From Spirochaetia bacterium (GTDB lineage Bacteria > Spirochaetota > Spirochaetia > SP-2023), in contig OZ253665.1 of NCBI GenBank assembly GCA_965263295.1, positions 512,001-576,000 of the forward strand: a stretch of DNA of 64,000 nucleotides, written 5' to 3'. Below the pieces are notes generated by a model. It was given only the letters and a program-made list of their open reading frames with translations, searched no databases and was not told where the DNA came from. Positions 21,383 to 33,011 of this stretch are shown piece by piece; position 1 is the first letter of the stretch; the number at the start of each line of letters is the position of its first letter. The position numbers and the translations under genes are program-made.

Positions 21383-21718
21383 CAACCTTCCTTCCTGTCG
21401 ATTTTATTCCTAGCGGTTTTGGATGGGGGATTTTATATGATTTATCTACTTATTGCAATTCTTGCCAGGTAATTCTTTAGCTTCTTTAACGATGGGAGAC
21501 AGGGCGGGCCTTGATAAAGAAGTAGGTAAGGATAATGAGATCAATACACAACCGATAATAAAGGCTTTTTAATAGGTTTAATTGAGTTTAATAGTGCCGG
21601 GATACCCTGAAGTCGCAGGATGCCAATAAAAGCAGAAAAATTGGGACGAAAGGATATCCATTGCTTGCTGGTTTTAAGTGCAATTACGATATTGTGTGAT
21701 CAAAAGATCACAATGATA

Positions 21719-22342
21719 TTACAGTTTTAGAATTAACTCCCCCTGGCGTAATATACGCGGTGGCTGAGAGCGCGCATCGACTATAGTCGATGCGCACGTT
21801 GGCTTGTAGTCGTCTTTTGTTTGGTGCAACAAGTAGGGTAAAATCAGACCGCTGGCAATTTCTGGAGCAAATTCTGTCAATAAGTTTTCTATGGTAGCTG
21901 GAACTTTTTGCCCACTGCGATTGGCACTGGTTGAATACAGCGGAGCATCAATAGCGAGGGCGAGTTGCTGGAGTAGTGAATGTTTTGGGATTCGTACTGC
22001 TTGAGAGTCCTGCTGGCCGTAGGGATCTGTACTTTGCAGATAGATTTGGCTTTTGATGTCTGGCTTAGGGGCCAGAATGCAGGTCAAGGGCCCGGGCCAG
22101 TATTGTTGTAGCCTTTCGGGGGGAAGCTGCCACGGACCGGCATTTAACTGTTCCAAATTGGCAAAAATTTGCAAGAATGGTTTGCCCTCAGGACGGCCTT
22201 TAATTTCTTGTAGTTTGTAAAAACTCTCTGGTGCGGGAGAAACCAGGCCATAAATAGTATCACAGAGCATGAGCAGAACCTGGCCGTTAGTCAGGGCTTG
22301 GTATAGCTGAGCAATGTCAGGCGCATTGATACTTGCAGACAT
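21719..22342 (-). CDS. L-threonylcarbamoyladenylate synthase (TsaC/Sua5/YrdC family)
   Basis: DTIYGL, KGRPEGKP, WPGPLT, STSANRSG, STIVD...ILRQG. Confidence 0.9.
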   Translation of the reverse strand: MSASINAPDIAQLYQALTNGQVLLMLCDTIYGLVSPAPESFYKLQEIKGRPEGKPFLQIFANLEQLNAGPWQLPPERLQQYWPGPLTCILAPKPDIKSQIYLQSTDPYGQQDSQAVRIPKHSLLQQLALAIDAPLYSTSANRSGQKVPATIENLLTEFAPEIASGLILPYLLHQTKDDYKPTCASTIVDARSQPPRILRQGELILKL

Positions 22343-22361
22343 AAGCTGAATATTTTCTTAA

Positions 22362-23045
22362 TTATTGGCGATATAGGGTTTCAAAATTTTCTTCGCCCGG
22401 TGGATCGGGGAAGTAAGGTGCGGGCACTAGGTTGCCCGCACGCGTACGATTTGCCGGAGAACTTGTTGTTTCATTAGGAGTTTTTAAGTTTTGCATTTTG
22501 TCGCGTCTTCTGGTCTGTCTCTTGGTATTAACTGTTTGGGCATGTTGTAGCTTGGGGAATTTCTCTCGACTGTTCAGGCTGAATTCGCGTGGCATGCTGT
22601 CACTGCGCCCAAAGCTCAAGAGGCGGATAATCAGCCAAAAACAGATGCCCAAAAGTAAAGAGTAAAACCATATACCACTAGGGGTATTTGCCTCTAGGGT
22701 CTGCAGGTCGGGTATCAGCTGATTACCCGGCGATGGCGCAGGTTGAGCCTGGGACCAAGTATTTACAAGGATTAGCTTGTCACTGCTTTTGTAGTAACCC
22801 AAATTCCGGGCTTCAATTGATATGTAACTAATGTCACTACTCACTAACTCAGAGAGAGTCCGCAACTCCCTTTGCCGTTTTTCCAGTTCGCTGTAATGAA
22901 CCTGTAATGACTGTTGGTTTTGTAGCAACTCACTGTGGGCTATCAGACCTTGGCTGCCCCAGATATAAATAATCAGCTGGTATGATATGATATACAAGCA
23001 GAACAAGAGGCAGAATTGCTCAAAAAGTTTCCCTACTCGAAACAT
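22362..23045 (-). CDS. Septum formation initiator (FtsB/DivIC-like) with additional TM and tail
   Basis: TM followed by G..GL, coiled coil and YISIEARNLGY motif. Confidence 0.65.
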   Translation of the reverse strand: MFRVGKLFEQFCLLFCLYIISYQLIIYIWGSQGLIAHSELLQNQQSLQVHYSELEKRQRELRTLSELVSSDISYISIEARNLGYYKSSDKLILVNTWSQAQPAPSPGNQLIPDLQTLEANTPSGIWFYSLLLGICFWLIIRLLSFGRSDSMPREFSLNSREKFPKLQHAQTVNTKRQTRRRDKMQNLKTPNETTSSPANRTRAGNLVPAPYFPDPPGEENFETLYRQ

Positions 23046-23315
23046 CTCCCTCCCCAAAAAATCATTCCGTCAGGATCATTTTAACTTATATATTATTCAA
23101 GTTCATAGACTGAAAACATATAATCGACTTTATTCTAGCGCCTATATCTAACGAGTCAAGTAAATATTAGCTGGTTTTTGTTTAGTTTGTTGCTGATTCT
23201 GTTTCGGGGACGAGAACGGTGAAGGCCAAAAAAAAGCCCAAAATAGGAGAGCGAAAGAGAAATAAGGCTGACTTTACTTGCTGTGTGTGAATAAACTTTG
23301 CTATCCTAGCAGACA

Positions 23316-24593
23316 ATGCAGGGTGATACCTCGTCTGTATTGCGTTTCAGGCCGGATATGCAGAAAGGTCTTAGCTGGTTCATGAAGATTATATCTCCAT
23401 TAAATGAAATAAATTATGGTTATTACGATGAAGCTGTAGACTGGAATATTCAGGACTATCAGATACGTCGTAAGGGTAGTGTGTTGAGCGCAAAAAAAGT
23501 CCGACAGTTGTTAGGTTCCTGTCTGCGTTTAAATATTTTCAGCTCCCGAATCCAGGCAGAGATTGAGTTCCTGAAATTGAGTAATGCCCTGCGCATTTTA
23601 CTGGTTGCTTATGGTGTGCAGCGAGATATCTATTTGGAAAAAACTTGGATATTGCCCCACAAACGATTTGTATGGGAAGGCAGCCCCCAAGATTACCAGT
23701 TGATAGGGAAAGGCCTTGGATTAGATTTTGATATTAAATGCGATGGTTCGGGTTCTTTACATTTGCATTTTTCCTACTTTGATCATTATCAGATCCACTT
23801 TGTCAGTCACATTCATCGCGCTGACCGCGAGTCTTTATGCAATATAAATCCTTTTGATATTAATACTTGGTGCTTTAGCGAAAAACATGCTATGCTGGAA
23901 TGCAAAAGTCTTGACTTGAGGTTAGATGGCCATGACTATAACTCTGGACCGCTCCAGGCTTTTGCGGCTACGGGTACAAATTTCAATATTGCTTACGAAT
24001 GCTTGGAGGGCTATTTTCCGGCCATGACCAGAGAACTGCGCTGCCAATTCTGGCAATGTAGTTCTTTTGCCATGGGCCAATCTGATGGTGGGCCAGTCGC
24101 CGACAGCCCGGCGCGAATAGAGGAGACTGGGGACATTGATTTAATCAGTGGTGAAGAACGCCAGCATCTGGGTGGGGAAGAGCAGGAAACTACGGAGCGG
24201 CTCTGCAGTCGTTTGTCGGGTTTGGCGGGGTCACTGTTGATGATAGGACACGATATTTGCAGTAGTGAGAGTGCAATCTGGACTGACCGGGGGATACGCT
24301 ACAGTTTGCCGCGTATAGTGCCTAGTTTCGGGCGTTCTGAACAAAGTGCGGCTAAGTATGGCGCCCTATTGCCAGACCTTGATTGGAAGATTTTAGCTGG
24401 TAAACATTTAGAGCTGGTTTTTCGGCCTTTTAGTGTTGGCGATGCTCCTCAATTAGTATTTCCTCAGACTCAGACACAGCGGATTTATGGTTTATTTTAT
24501 GGCAAACTCCTCAATCATTTGGGCGAAGCAATACCAATCAATAAGGCTCTGGGTTTTATCGATTATCGCCAAATTCAATGGCGTAAACGCTAA
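23316..24593 (+). CDS. Hypothetical protein (possibly DUF2804-like beta-fold)
   Basis: 425-aa ORF; family resemblance is weak; start may be MKIISP at 23382. Confidence 0.6.
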   Translation: MQGDTSSVLRFRPDMQKGLSWFMKIISPLNEINYGYYDEAVDWNIQDYQIRRKGSVLSAKKVRQLLGSCLRLNIFSSRIQAEIEFLKLSNALRILLVAYGVQRDIYLEKTWILPHKRFVWEGSPQDYQLIGKGLGLDFDIKCDGSGSLHLHFSYFDHYQIHFVSHIHRADRESLCNINPFDINTWCFSEKHAMLECKSLDLRLDGHDYNSGPLQAFAATGTNFNIAYECLEGYFPAMTRELRCQFWQCSSFAMGQSDGGPVADSPARIEETGDIDLISGEERQHLGGEEQETTERLCSRLSGLAGSLLMIGHDICSSESAIWTDRGIRYSLPRIVPSFGRSEQSAAKYGALLPDLDWKILAGKHLELVFRPFSVGDAPQLVFPQTQTQRIYGLFYGKLLNHLGEAIPINKALGFIDYRQIQWRKR

Positions 24594-24624
24594 TTTTAGG
24601 TAAAAAATATTTTGAAATGAACTT

Positions 24625-25485
24625 ATGAATAAGATTCCACTTGATATTTATAGATATTTTCGAAGCTGTACTTTGCGCTTTGGGTTGGCCAGTGTAGTGA
24701 CGGTTGCAATGTGGTTGTTCCGTTATTATAAAGTTAGCCGCGATACTTATGTATTTTTATTGTGGAATCTGTTTTTAGCGTGGATTCCATTTGTACTAGT
24801 TCAAATACTGACATTTTTAATGATGTACAAGCGTGTTTTACCGCTAAAAAGAGCTAAGCAGTTGTTTCTTTTATTGCGGTTACTGCGTTACATGCGATCG
24901 TCACGAATTGGAGCAGGAGCTAAGTTCTTGCAGCAGTTTTTATTTTGGCCAGTCTTGGTTCTCAGTTTATTATTCTTCTTGCCTAATTCTTTCTATATTT
25001 TTACCGATTTGATTCACTTAATTGCTAACGGTGAGAGCTGGTATGATAATTTCCTTCAACCTAATGCATTAATTTGGTTCGATTTGATATTCTTTTTACA
25101 TTGTAGCATTTTGGGGCTTTTTTTAGGTTGTCATACTTTGCTTGTTATAGATTGTTTGATGGTGATTAACCGGTTTCCGCGCTTGTGCCGGATTTTGATA
25201 ATTTATGGGATGCTTTTTCTTTCTTCATATGGCGTTATTATCGGGCGCTTTGAACGCCTAAACAGCTGGGACATTCTATTTACCCCCAATACATTAGTCG
25301 AAAAGTTTGTTTCAGTCCTGCTGCATACTAGTATAAATTTACAATTTAGCATAATTTATACAATTTTTTTAAGCTTTGCCTATCTTTACATGCATGCCAA
25401 CCTGGCATCGCTAAACCGTCGAGCACATCGAGTACATCAGGTAATTCAAGTTAGAAGATTGCGGATTCTTAGTAGAAAAAAATAG
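24625..25485 (+). CDS. DUF1361 family membrane protein
   Basis: WNLFLAWIP, LPNSFYIFTDLIHL, GRFERLNSWDI signature motifs. Confidence 0.85.
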   Translation: MNKIPLDIYRYFRSCTLRFGLASVVTVAMWLFRYYKVSRDTYVFLLWNLFLAWIPFVLVQILTFLMMYKRVLPLKRAKQLFLLLRLLRYMRSSRIGAGAKFLQQFLFWPVLVLSLLFFLPNSFYIFTDLIHLIANGESWYDNFLQPNALIWFDLIFFLHCSILGLFLGCHTLLVIDCLMVINRFPRLCRILIIYGMLFLSSYGVIIGRFERLNSWDILFTPNTLVEKFVSVLLHTSINLQFSIIYTIFLSFAYLYMHANLASLNRRAHRVHQVIQVRRLRILSRKK

Positions 25486-25576
25486 TGGCAAAATGATCTC
25501 TCTGTGGCGTGGAAGAAGATAGCATTAGAAATTCCACGGGCTACAAGAAAAAAATGCAAGATTTCTGAATCGTTGC

Positions 25577-25604
25577 TTGACAAGAAAAGGATTTTGGCTA
25601 TAGT
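25577..25604 (+). promoter_or_regulatory. sigma70 promoter of the 16S rRNA gene
   Basis: TTGACA-16 nt-TATAGT; boxA-like GTTCATTGAAAA at 25676-25687. Confidence 0.8.
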
Positions 25605-25786
25605 GCCCCTCACATCGCAGCTGCCGAGTGCGCTTGTCGCACCGGGCAACTTAAATGCCAGCTAGTGCGGCTGCCGTTCATTGAAAATAGAGAAGAGCAG
25701 GGAAGACATGACGCTTGTGCAGCTCGCCTTCAATTGAAGGTGACTGTAATGAATAAGGATAATTTTGCCGGATTCGTCCGGTATTA

Positions 25787-27356
<1,570 letters not shown>

Positions 27357-27479
27357 AATGTGAAAGGTTTGTAGGGGTTATAGAACCTCGGCAACAGTCA
27401 TGTCTTCCCTGCTCTTTTTTATTTGCATCTCTCTTATTTTTATTTGCAATCGTTTAAATTTCGTATTCTGAGAATTTGT

Positions 27480-27528
27480 ATATTAATCAAAAGCCCTGGC
27501 TTGCCAAGCCAGGGCTTTTGATTAATAT
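27480..27528. terminator. Bidirectional intrinsic terminator between 16S rRNA and the convergent NYN gene
   Basis: Perfect 24-bp inverted repeat ATATTAATCAAAAGCCCTGGCTTG-C-CAAGCCAGGGCTTTTGATTAATAT with T-runs on both strands. Confidence 0.88.
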
Positions 27529-27655
27529 ATGGTGGCATAGTGCAAAGCTGATTCTAAAGCTTGGCTCAGTCATTTGCCCAAGATGTGTGTAATATGCCAA
27601 GTTGTTTTAGGGTTTTCTAGCGTAATTAGGTTGTGTGGCAGTAAAATATTTATAA

Positions 27656-28957
27656 TTAATCGTTAGCGCTGATTTTGTTGTTGCGTTGACGATTGCTCCA
27701 AACCTTAGGTGCATTTTCGGTCTGCTGCTTGTGTGACAAGGAGTGCTCAGGAACCAGGCGGGCCGAATAGTTCATATTTTCTACCTTCGTTTCAATGAGA
27801 CCGCGCGCCTCTGCTGAGGCCATGAACTTTTTAAACTGGCGAAAACCTAGATCGCGTACATTGATTTCGCGCTCGCGCAGGCGAGAGCTCAATATACCAT
27901 ACAGCAAGTAGCCTTCAGCGTCAGCGTCTTTATCCGCAATGCGGCCGTCGACAGCAGTAACTTGTTGTAGTATCGCGATCATCGCCTGCATAGCTTTTTG
28001 CAGAGTCAGATTGTTGCCCATCTTGCTATTTTCATCCTGCTCTACGACGCGAATAATTTGTTCTTCTTCATTATCGCCGTTTTCGGATGCCTCATTGCGG
28101 CGGTTTTCAATTGCGATATAATTGTTTTTCACCGCTGCAGCGATAAATTGGCTCCAGCGCCTGAATCCAAGCTTGAGCTCGTCAAAACCAGGATTGAGCA
28201 TGCGCATTTGTATTCGCAAGGAACTGAGGTTGATGGTTTTATCTTCATTATCCAGAGTCAGGACAGCTTCGCAGAGTTGGTTAAACCAGTAACTGTGGTC
28301 TTCTCCTTTGCCATCTCGCTCTTTGCGTTCGGATTTCTGATCGTTGGGGACTTCTTTGATCGTTTTACTGTCTTTAAGGCCATTCTTTGAATTGGCTTTG
28401 CCGTTTCCCTTGCCATTTTCCTTGGGCGACGGGACTCCGACGTCATTTTCCAGTTCATCATCATCGTCACGGCTAGGCAATAACTCATGGTAGTCCAAAA
28501 AATTATCTGCTATCATTAACAAGTCACGCGAAGCGTTGCGAATGTCGCAGATAATGTGGATGGTCTTACCCATGCGGTGCAATGGTCGCAGCAACGGGCG
28601 AAAATCACTATCTCCAGTGACCAGAAAATAGGTATCGATATGTTCGTAAACTCGCAGGCTGTCCAATGCATCCGAGACCAGCTGGATATCGGCGCCGTTT
28701 TTGCTCCGCTGATTGCGTCGATAGGGAAGGTGCACCATGTAAAAATGGTGTTGCGCCAGCTCCAGGCCCAATTGATTAAAACGTTTTTCGCTCCAGTCGG
28801 CATAAGCGTTTTGAATTAGCACTTTGCCCAGACCTTGAGCATATTCTAACAAGCCGTCTGTAAAGAACGAACCGCGCTTGGGTGTTACATTTTCAATGTC
28901 CCAAAAAATAGCAATATTACTCAGCTTTCTCTCGTGGTTCGGTTCGAATTCTTCCAT
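27656..28957 (-). CDS. NYN-domain (LabA-like PIN fold) protein with C-terminal OST-HTH/LOTUS domains
   Basis: IFWDIEN, AYADW, KNGADIQL, VTGDSDF; two LOTUS-like motifs (GFDELKLGFRRWSQF, NVRDLGFRQFKKF). Confidence 0.88.
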   Translation of the reverse strand: MEEFEPNHERKLSNIAIFWDIENVTPKRGSFFTDGLLEYAQGLGKVLIQNAYADWSEKRFNQLGLELAQHHFYMVHLPYRRNQRSKNGADIQLVSDALDSLRVYEHIDTYFLVTGDSDFRPLLRPLHRMGKTIHIICDIRNASRDLLMIADNFLDYHELLPSRDDDDELENDVGVPSPKENGKGNGKANSKNGLKDSKTIKEVPNDQKSERKERDGKGEDHSYWFNQLCEAVLTLDNEDKTINLSSLRIQMRMLNPGFDELKLGFRRWSQFIAAAVKNNYIAIENRRNEASENGDNEEEQIIRVVEQDENSKMGNNLTLQKAMQAMIAILQQVTAVDGRIADKDADAEGYLLYGILSSRLREREINVRDLGFRQFKKFMASAEARGLIETKVENMNYSARLVPEHSLSHKQQTENAPKVWSNRQRNNKISAND

Positions 28958-28975
28958 TCTAATTTTTCCATATGT

Positions 28976-29986
28976 CTAGGTGTCACCCGGAATATTGCCG
29001 CTGGCATCGGTCGTAAAACTGACAGTTGAGCCAGAACTTTCTTGCGCGGGCTCAGCTGTCTCTAGTTCTTCTTGGGGTTCTTCTGGCTTGATACTTTCGT
29101 CGTAGCTGTCGGCGGCCAATTTAATTTTGTCACTCTGTAAAAATGTTAGCTGGTTGTCTGCCATGGTTTTCCACTGCTCTAAAGTATTGCGCCAACTGCC
29201 GGCAACCTGGTTGTCGCCACCGAGGAAACTCTCTTTGTCATCCAGTCCGTTAGCCTTTAATAACTCGTCTCCCAGCGAATCAACCTGCTGCCAGTAACGT
29301 ATGGCTTCGTCTTTTAAACCCTTGCGGGCAAAATAGTTGCCCAGATAGATACTGGCTACGAGCTGTTCGGGTTCTGGACCGCTGACGTCAGCCAAATTGC
29401 GCCACTGGGACACGGCCTTGTCCGCCTTGCCCTCGGAGTAAAACAGACTGGCCAGTTGCAGGATTGCAAGATTATGGAAGGTCTTATCTTCAAGTTCAAT
29501 AAGTTTTTCTAACGCCGTCTGCAAGTCGGTATTTTCTTTGAGGTGACGGGCTTTCTGGGCCTCAATCCAGTAACCCCAGGCTTGCACATTCTCATGCTTG
29601 GAGTCCGCTATTTCTTTCAATTGCCCTGCCAGGGCCTTTTCTGTTTCCTGGCGTTTCATTTTAGTATCTTCGTCCAAATCTAGTTGCTCATCGCTGTCTT
29701 GTCCTGCCAAGTCCCTGGCGGCTGTGAGCATATCCGCCGGCCGGGCATCTTTCCATTCTTTAAAAGCCTTGCGCAGATTGTAAACGAGCGTGGAGCTAGC
29801 CTGTAGCTGTCGCTGGGTCATGGTTGACGAAACACCCCAAGTTATTACTGCAGCAAGGATTACTAATACAGAAATAAAAATCAATTTGCGCTGGCGAAAC
29901 AGAAAATCTGAGATATGTTCTGCGGATGGACTGCCATGCTGCGTCGCTTGCCCCTGCTGTTTGGCATGGTGCTGCTCTTTGCTCAT
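28976..29986 (-). CDS. Membrane-anchored TPR-like protein (YfgM-like architecture)
   Basis: Single N-terminal TM followed by helical TPR-like repeats (LASLFYSEGKADKAVSQW; LGNYFARKGLKDEAIRYW). Confidence 0.65.
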   Translation of the reverse strand: MSKEQHHAKQQGQATQHGSPSAEHISDFLFRQRKLIFISVLVILAAVITWGVSSTMTQRQLQASSTLVYNLRKAFKEWKDARPADMLTAARDLAGQDSDEQLDLDEDTKMKRQETEKALAGQLKEIADSKHENVQAWGYWIEAQKARHLKENTDLQTALEKLIELEDKTFHNLAILQLASLFYSEGKADKAVSQWRNLADVSGPEPEQLVASIYLGNYFARKGLKDEAIRYWQQVDSLGDELLKANGLDDKESFLGGDNQVAGSWRNTLEQWKTMADNQLTFLQSDKIKLAADSYDESIKPEEPQEELETAEPAQESSGSTVSFTTDASGNIPGDT

Positions 29987-30557
29987 CGGATTACCTTACA
30001 ATCAATAATGTAGACTAGGTTATAAATAACCCAAAGACAATTCTACTAGTTTTAGTTGCTGAAGACAAGCTAAAGACAAAAGCTGACCTGGCCCAGTTTG
30101 CGAGAGAGCGGCTCATATGGTGAGCAAAAACAACTACGATCAGAACAAGTCAACTTTTTAAAGTAGGGCGACTTTTGTCGCGCTGGGTCGCCTGGGGCTG
30201 TGAGGGGAATTGAACTGGCACCTGTTGAAATGCTTGAGCTGAGAGTCATTTGAGCGCCGCTGCAAAACTACTGCAACAAGCGAATTTTCAAGAGCCCCTC
30301 CCCAAGAGCGTGCCCCTGGCTGGAAACTCTATTCGAAAACAGCTGGAAATCCATGTAAAAAGCGCTCTCGCGACAGTTTTGCCCAATATTTGTTATTTTA
30401 ATTTGACACTTCCTATTTATACTAAATAAGTATTTCATTGAGCGAGTTGACTATGTTTTCATTTATTGTATTATGGTGAATGGTTATATTATTTATCTAC
30501 TTTCATTGATAAACTTATGTTATTTTATTTACCTAATTATTAAATCAGGATATTTAT

Positions 30558-31304
30558 ATGATAGAGCTTAAAAACTTAAATAAATTTTATGGTGATAGTC
30601 ATGTCATAAAAAATGTCTCATTTCGGATAGATAAGGGCGAAACTCTAGTTCTTTTAGGTCGTAGTGGGTGCGGCAAGACAACTATACTCAAAATGATAAA
30701 CCGGCTGATTCCATTTGACTCAGGCGATATTTTGATTGACGGCATATCCGTTATGGATTGGGATCCCATTCAATTGCGCCGCAATATTGGCTATGTATTT
30801 CAGAATATTGGCCTCTTTCCGCATCTTAACATCTACGATAACTTGCTTGTCGTTCCTAGGCTGCTGCGCTGGACCTCGGAAAAGACCGCCAAGTGGCTCG
30901 ACAATGTAATGAATCTGTTGCAGATTGACAAAAACCTTTTGAAGCGCAAGCCGCGTCAGCTTTCCGGGGGGCAGCGCCAGCGTATTGGCGTGGGTCGGGC
31001 GTTGATGGGCAACCCCAATATCGTTCTGATGGATGAACCATTTGGCGCCCTGGATCCGATTACCCGCGAAGAAATTCAGGAAGAATTTTCGTCCGTGAAA
31101 CACTTGATTCAAAAAACTATCATTTTTGTGACTCACGACATTCATGAAGCATTTGCCATTGGTGACAAAATCTGCCTGTTTGAAGAAGGGCAGATAGCCC
31201 AGCTGGGCACGCCTTATCAGATAGTCCACGAGCCGGCCAACGAATTTGCCGAGCGCTTCATTGCGCGCCATTTGGGGATGCTAAAAAGGGAGATCAAAGA
31301 ATGA
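30558..31304 (+). CDS. Osmoprotectant (glycine betaine/choline) ABC transporter ATP-binding subunit
   Basis: GRSGCGKTT, LRRNIGYVFQNIGLFPH, LSGGQRQR, LMDEPFGALDPITR. Confidence 0.93.
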   Translation: MIELKNLNKFYGDSHVIKNVSFRIDKGETLVLLGRSGCGKTTILKMINRLIPFDSGDILIDGISVMDWDPIQLRRNIGYVFQNIGLFPHLNIYDNLLVVPRLLRWTSEKTAKWLDNVMNLLQIDKNLLKRKPRQLSGGQRQRIGVGRALMGNPNIVLMDEPFGALDPITREEIQEEFSSVKHLIQKTIIFVTHDIHEAFAIGDKICLFEEGQIAQLGTPYQIVHEPANEFAERFIARHLGMLKREIKE

Positions 31305-31924
31305 GTTTCTGGACTTTTTTTGTAAAAAATATTGATGAGATTTTACTGCGTACTTTGGAGCATTTGCAGTTGACGGTTGTTTCGGTTGGCATTGCTATAT
31401 TGATTGGTGTGCCGCTCGGTCTGCTGCTGGTGCATTTTTACCGGGCGGCGCCTTCTGTCCAGTACATATTGGGTGTAATGCAGACTATTCCCAGTCTGGC
31501 CTTGCTCGGTTTTTTGGTTCCGATAGTCGGTATCGGTTTTAAACCCAGTGTTATCGCTCTGGTCATCTATTCGTTGCTGGTGATCGTGCAAAATACCATC
31601 ATCGGCATTAAGCAAATTGATCCGGCGATCATCGAAAGTGCCACCGGCGTCGGGATGAAAAAATGGCAGATTTTGTTTAAAGTGCAGATACCCTTGGCCT
31701 TGCCCGTTGTCATTACCGGGATTCGTGTGGCGACGGTAACCTGTGTGGGCATTGCTACTCTGGTTGTGGCCATCGGAGCCGGGGCCCTGGGGACTTTCAT
31801 TTTTCGGGGTCTGAATATCTTGGATAACAACATGATCTTGGCCGGGGCCATTCCTTCGGCGCTGTTGGCTGTCCTGCTGGATACAATCCTGATAATTCTG
31901 GGCAGGTTGCTAGATCCCAATTAA
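31301..31924 (+). CDS. Osmoprotectant ABC transporter permease
   Basis: QTIPSLALLG, EAA-like IIESATGVGM loop; ATGA overlap with the upstream gene. Confidence 0.93.
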   Translation: MSFWTFFVKNIDEILLRTLEHLQLTVVSVGIAILIGVPLGLLLVHFYRAAPSVQYILGVMQTIPSLALLGFLVPIVGIGFKPSVIALVIYSLLVIVQNTIIGIKQIDPAIIESATGVGMKKWQILFKVQIPLALPVVITGIRVATVTCVGIATLVVAIGAGALGTFIFRGLNILDNNMILAGAIPSALLAVLLDTILIILGRLLDPN

Positions 31925-32020
31925 GATTTGCGCACGCTAAATTAGGAACTTAGGATTACATAAAAGACTAATTAATGAAACTTTTGATATAAAATTTGAC
32001 AATTTTAAAAGGAGAATACA

Positions 32021-32905
32021 ATGAAGAAATTGAAAGTGTCATGTTTTTTGGCAATGGTGTTAATTTTTGCTTCCTGTGGTAAAGGCGGCAGAAAATTGAC
32101 CATTGCTTCAAAGAATTTTACCGAGAGCATCGTTCTGAGTTACCTTATCGCCGAAATGGTAAAGGGCAACAGTGATATTGAAGTTGATCTCAAACTCAAT
32201 ATGATATCGACATTTGTTGTTTGGCAGGCCCTGAAGTCTGGCGATATTGATCTTTATCCGGAATATACGGGGACCATATATCAAGCCCATTTACAGAATA
32301 CGGGCAAGCTCAGTGCCGATGAAACATTGCGCGTTGTGCGCCAACAGATTAAAGATAAGTACAATATGAAGGTGTTTGATCCTCTGGGGCTGAACAATAC
32401 TTTCGCCATAGGCATGTTGAGAAGCAGAGCCGAAGAGTTGGGGATCGACAATATCTCCGACTTGCGCCAGCATTTGGATCTGATTGCGGGCTTTGACAAC
32501 GAATATATCAGTCGTCCCGGCGATGGCGCGGAGCCCTTGTTCGAGGCTTATGGCTTTCGGCCGCGGCAACCATTGATTCAGTTGGACGTCGGTCTGAAGT
32601 ATGAAGCCATCATGGAAGGGCAGGTGGATTATACCGATGTGTATGCCACTGATGCGAAAATTAAGCGTTTTGACATGAAGCTCTTGGAGGATGACCGGGA
32701 TTTCTTTCCGCCTTATTACGCTGTACCATTGGCTCGTGGGGATATTTTGGAGCGCTTTCCAGAGCTCGATAGTTTATTGGCCCGATTGGCAAACGCCATC
32801 GGCAATGAGGAAATGGTCGCCATGAATTACGATGTCGAGGAGAATCAGGTCGAAGCCCGGACAGTGGCGCTAAACTTCCTTAAGGCAAAAAACCTGATTC
32901 AATAA
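32021..32905 (+). CDS. Osmoprotectant ABC transporter substrate-binding lipoprotein (OpuAC-like)
   Basis: Lipobox IFAS-C, SKNFTE, DLYPEYTGT, NNTFA, FFPPY. Confidence 0.92.
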   Translation: MKKLKVSCFLAMVLIFASCGKGGRKLTIASKNFTESIVLSYLIAEMVKGNSDIEVDLKLNMISTFVVWQALKSGDIDLYPEYTGTIYQAHLQNTGKLSADETLRVVRQQIKDKYNMKVFDPLGLNNTFAIGMLRSRAEELGIDNISDLRQHLDLIAGFDNEYISRPGDGAEPLFEAYGFRPRQPLIQLDVGLKYEAIMEGQVDYTDVYATDAKIKRFDMKLLEDDRDFFPPYYAVPLARGDILERFPELDSLLARLANAIGNEEMVAMNYDVEENQVEARTVALNFLKAKNLIQ

Positions 32906-33011
32906 TACTTGAAATGAAATACAGGAATTAAAATACTTAAATTGATCAAGTAATTTGAATTTTCTCTGGACAGACGAATTGCCGCACGGGCAAGAGAGAA
33001 GAAGGAGAGAA

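Noticed and set aside
21695..21712. TGTGATC-AAAA-GATCACA palindrome resembling a CRP/Rex site
   Set aside because: Half-site spacing is 8 rather than 6 and it lies just after the tsaC stop; could be a weak hairpin, cannot assign
30010..30557. Long intergenic region upstream of the osmoprotectant operon (riboswitch or sRNA?)
   Set aside because: No recognisable riboswitch consensus; would need an Rfam/Infernal scan
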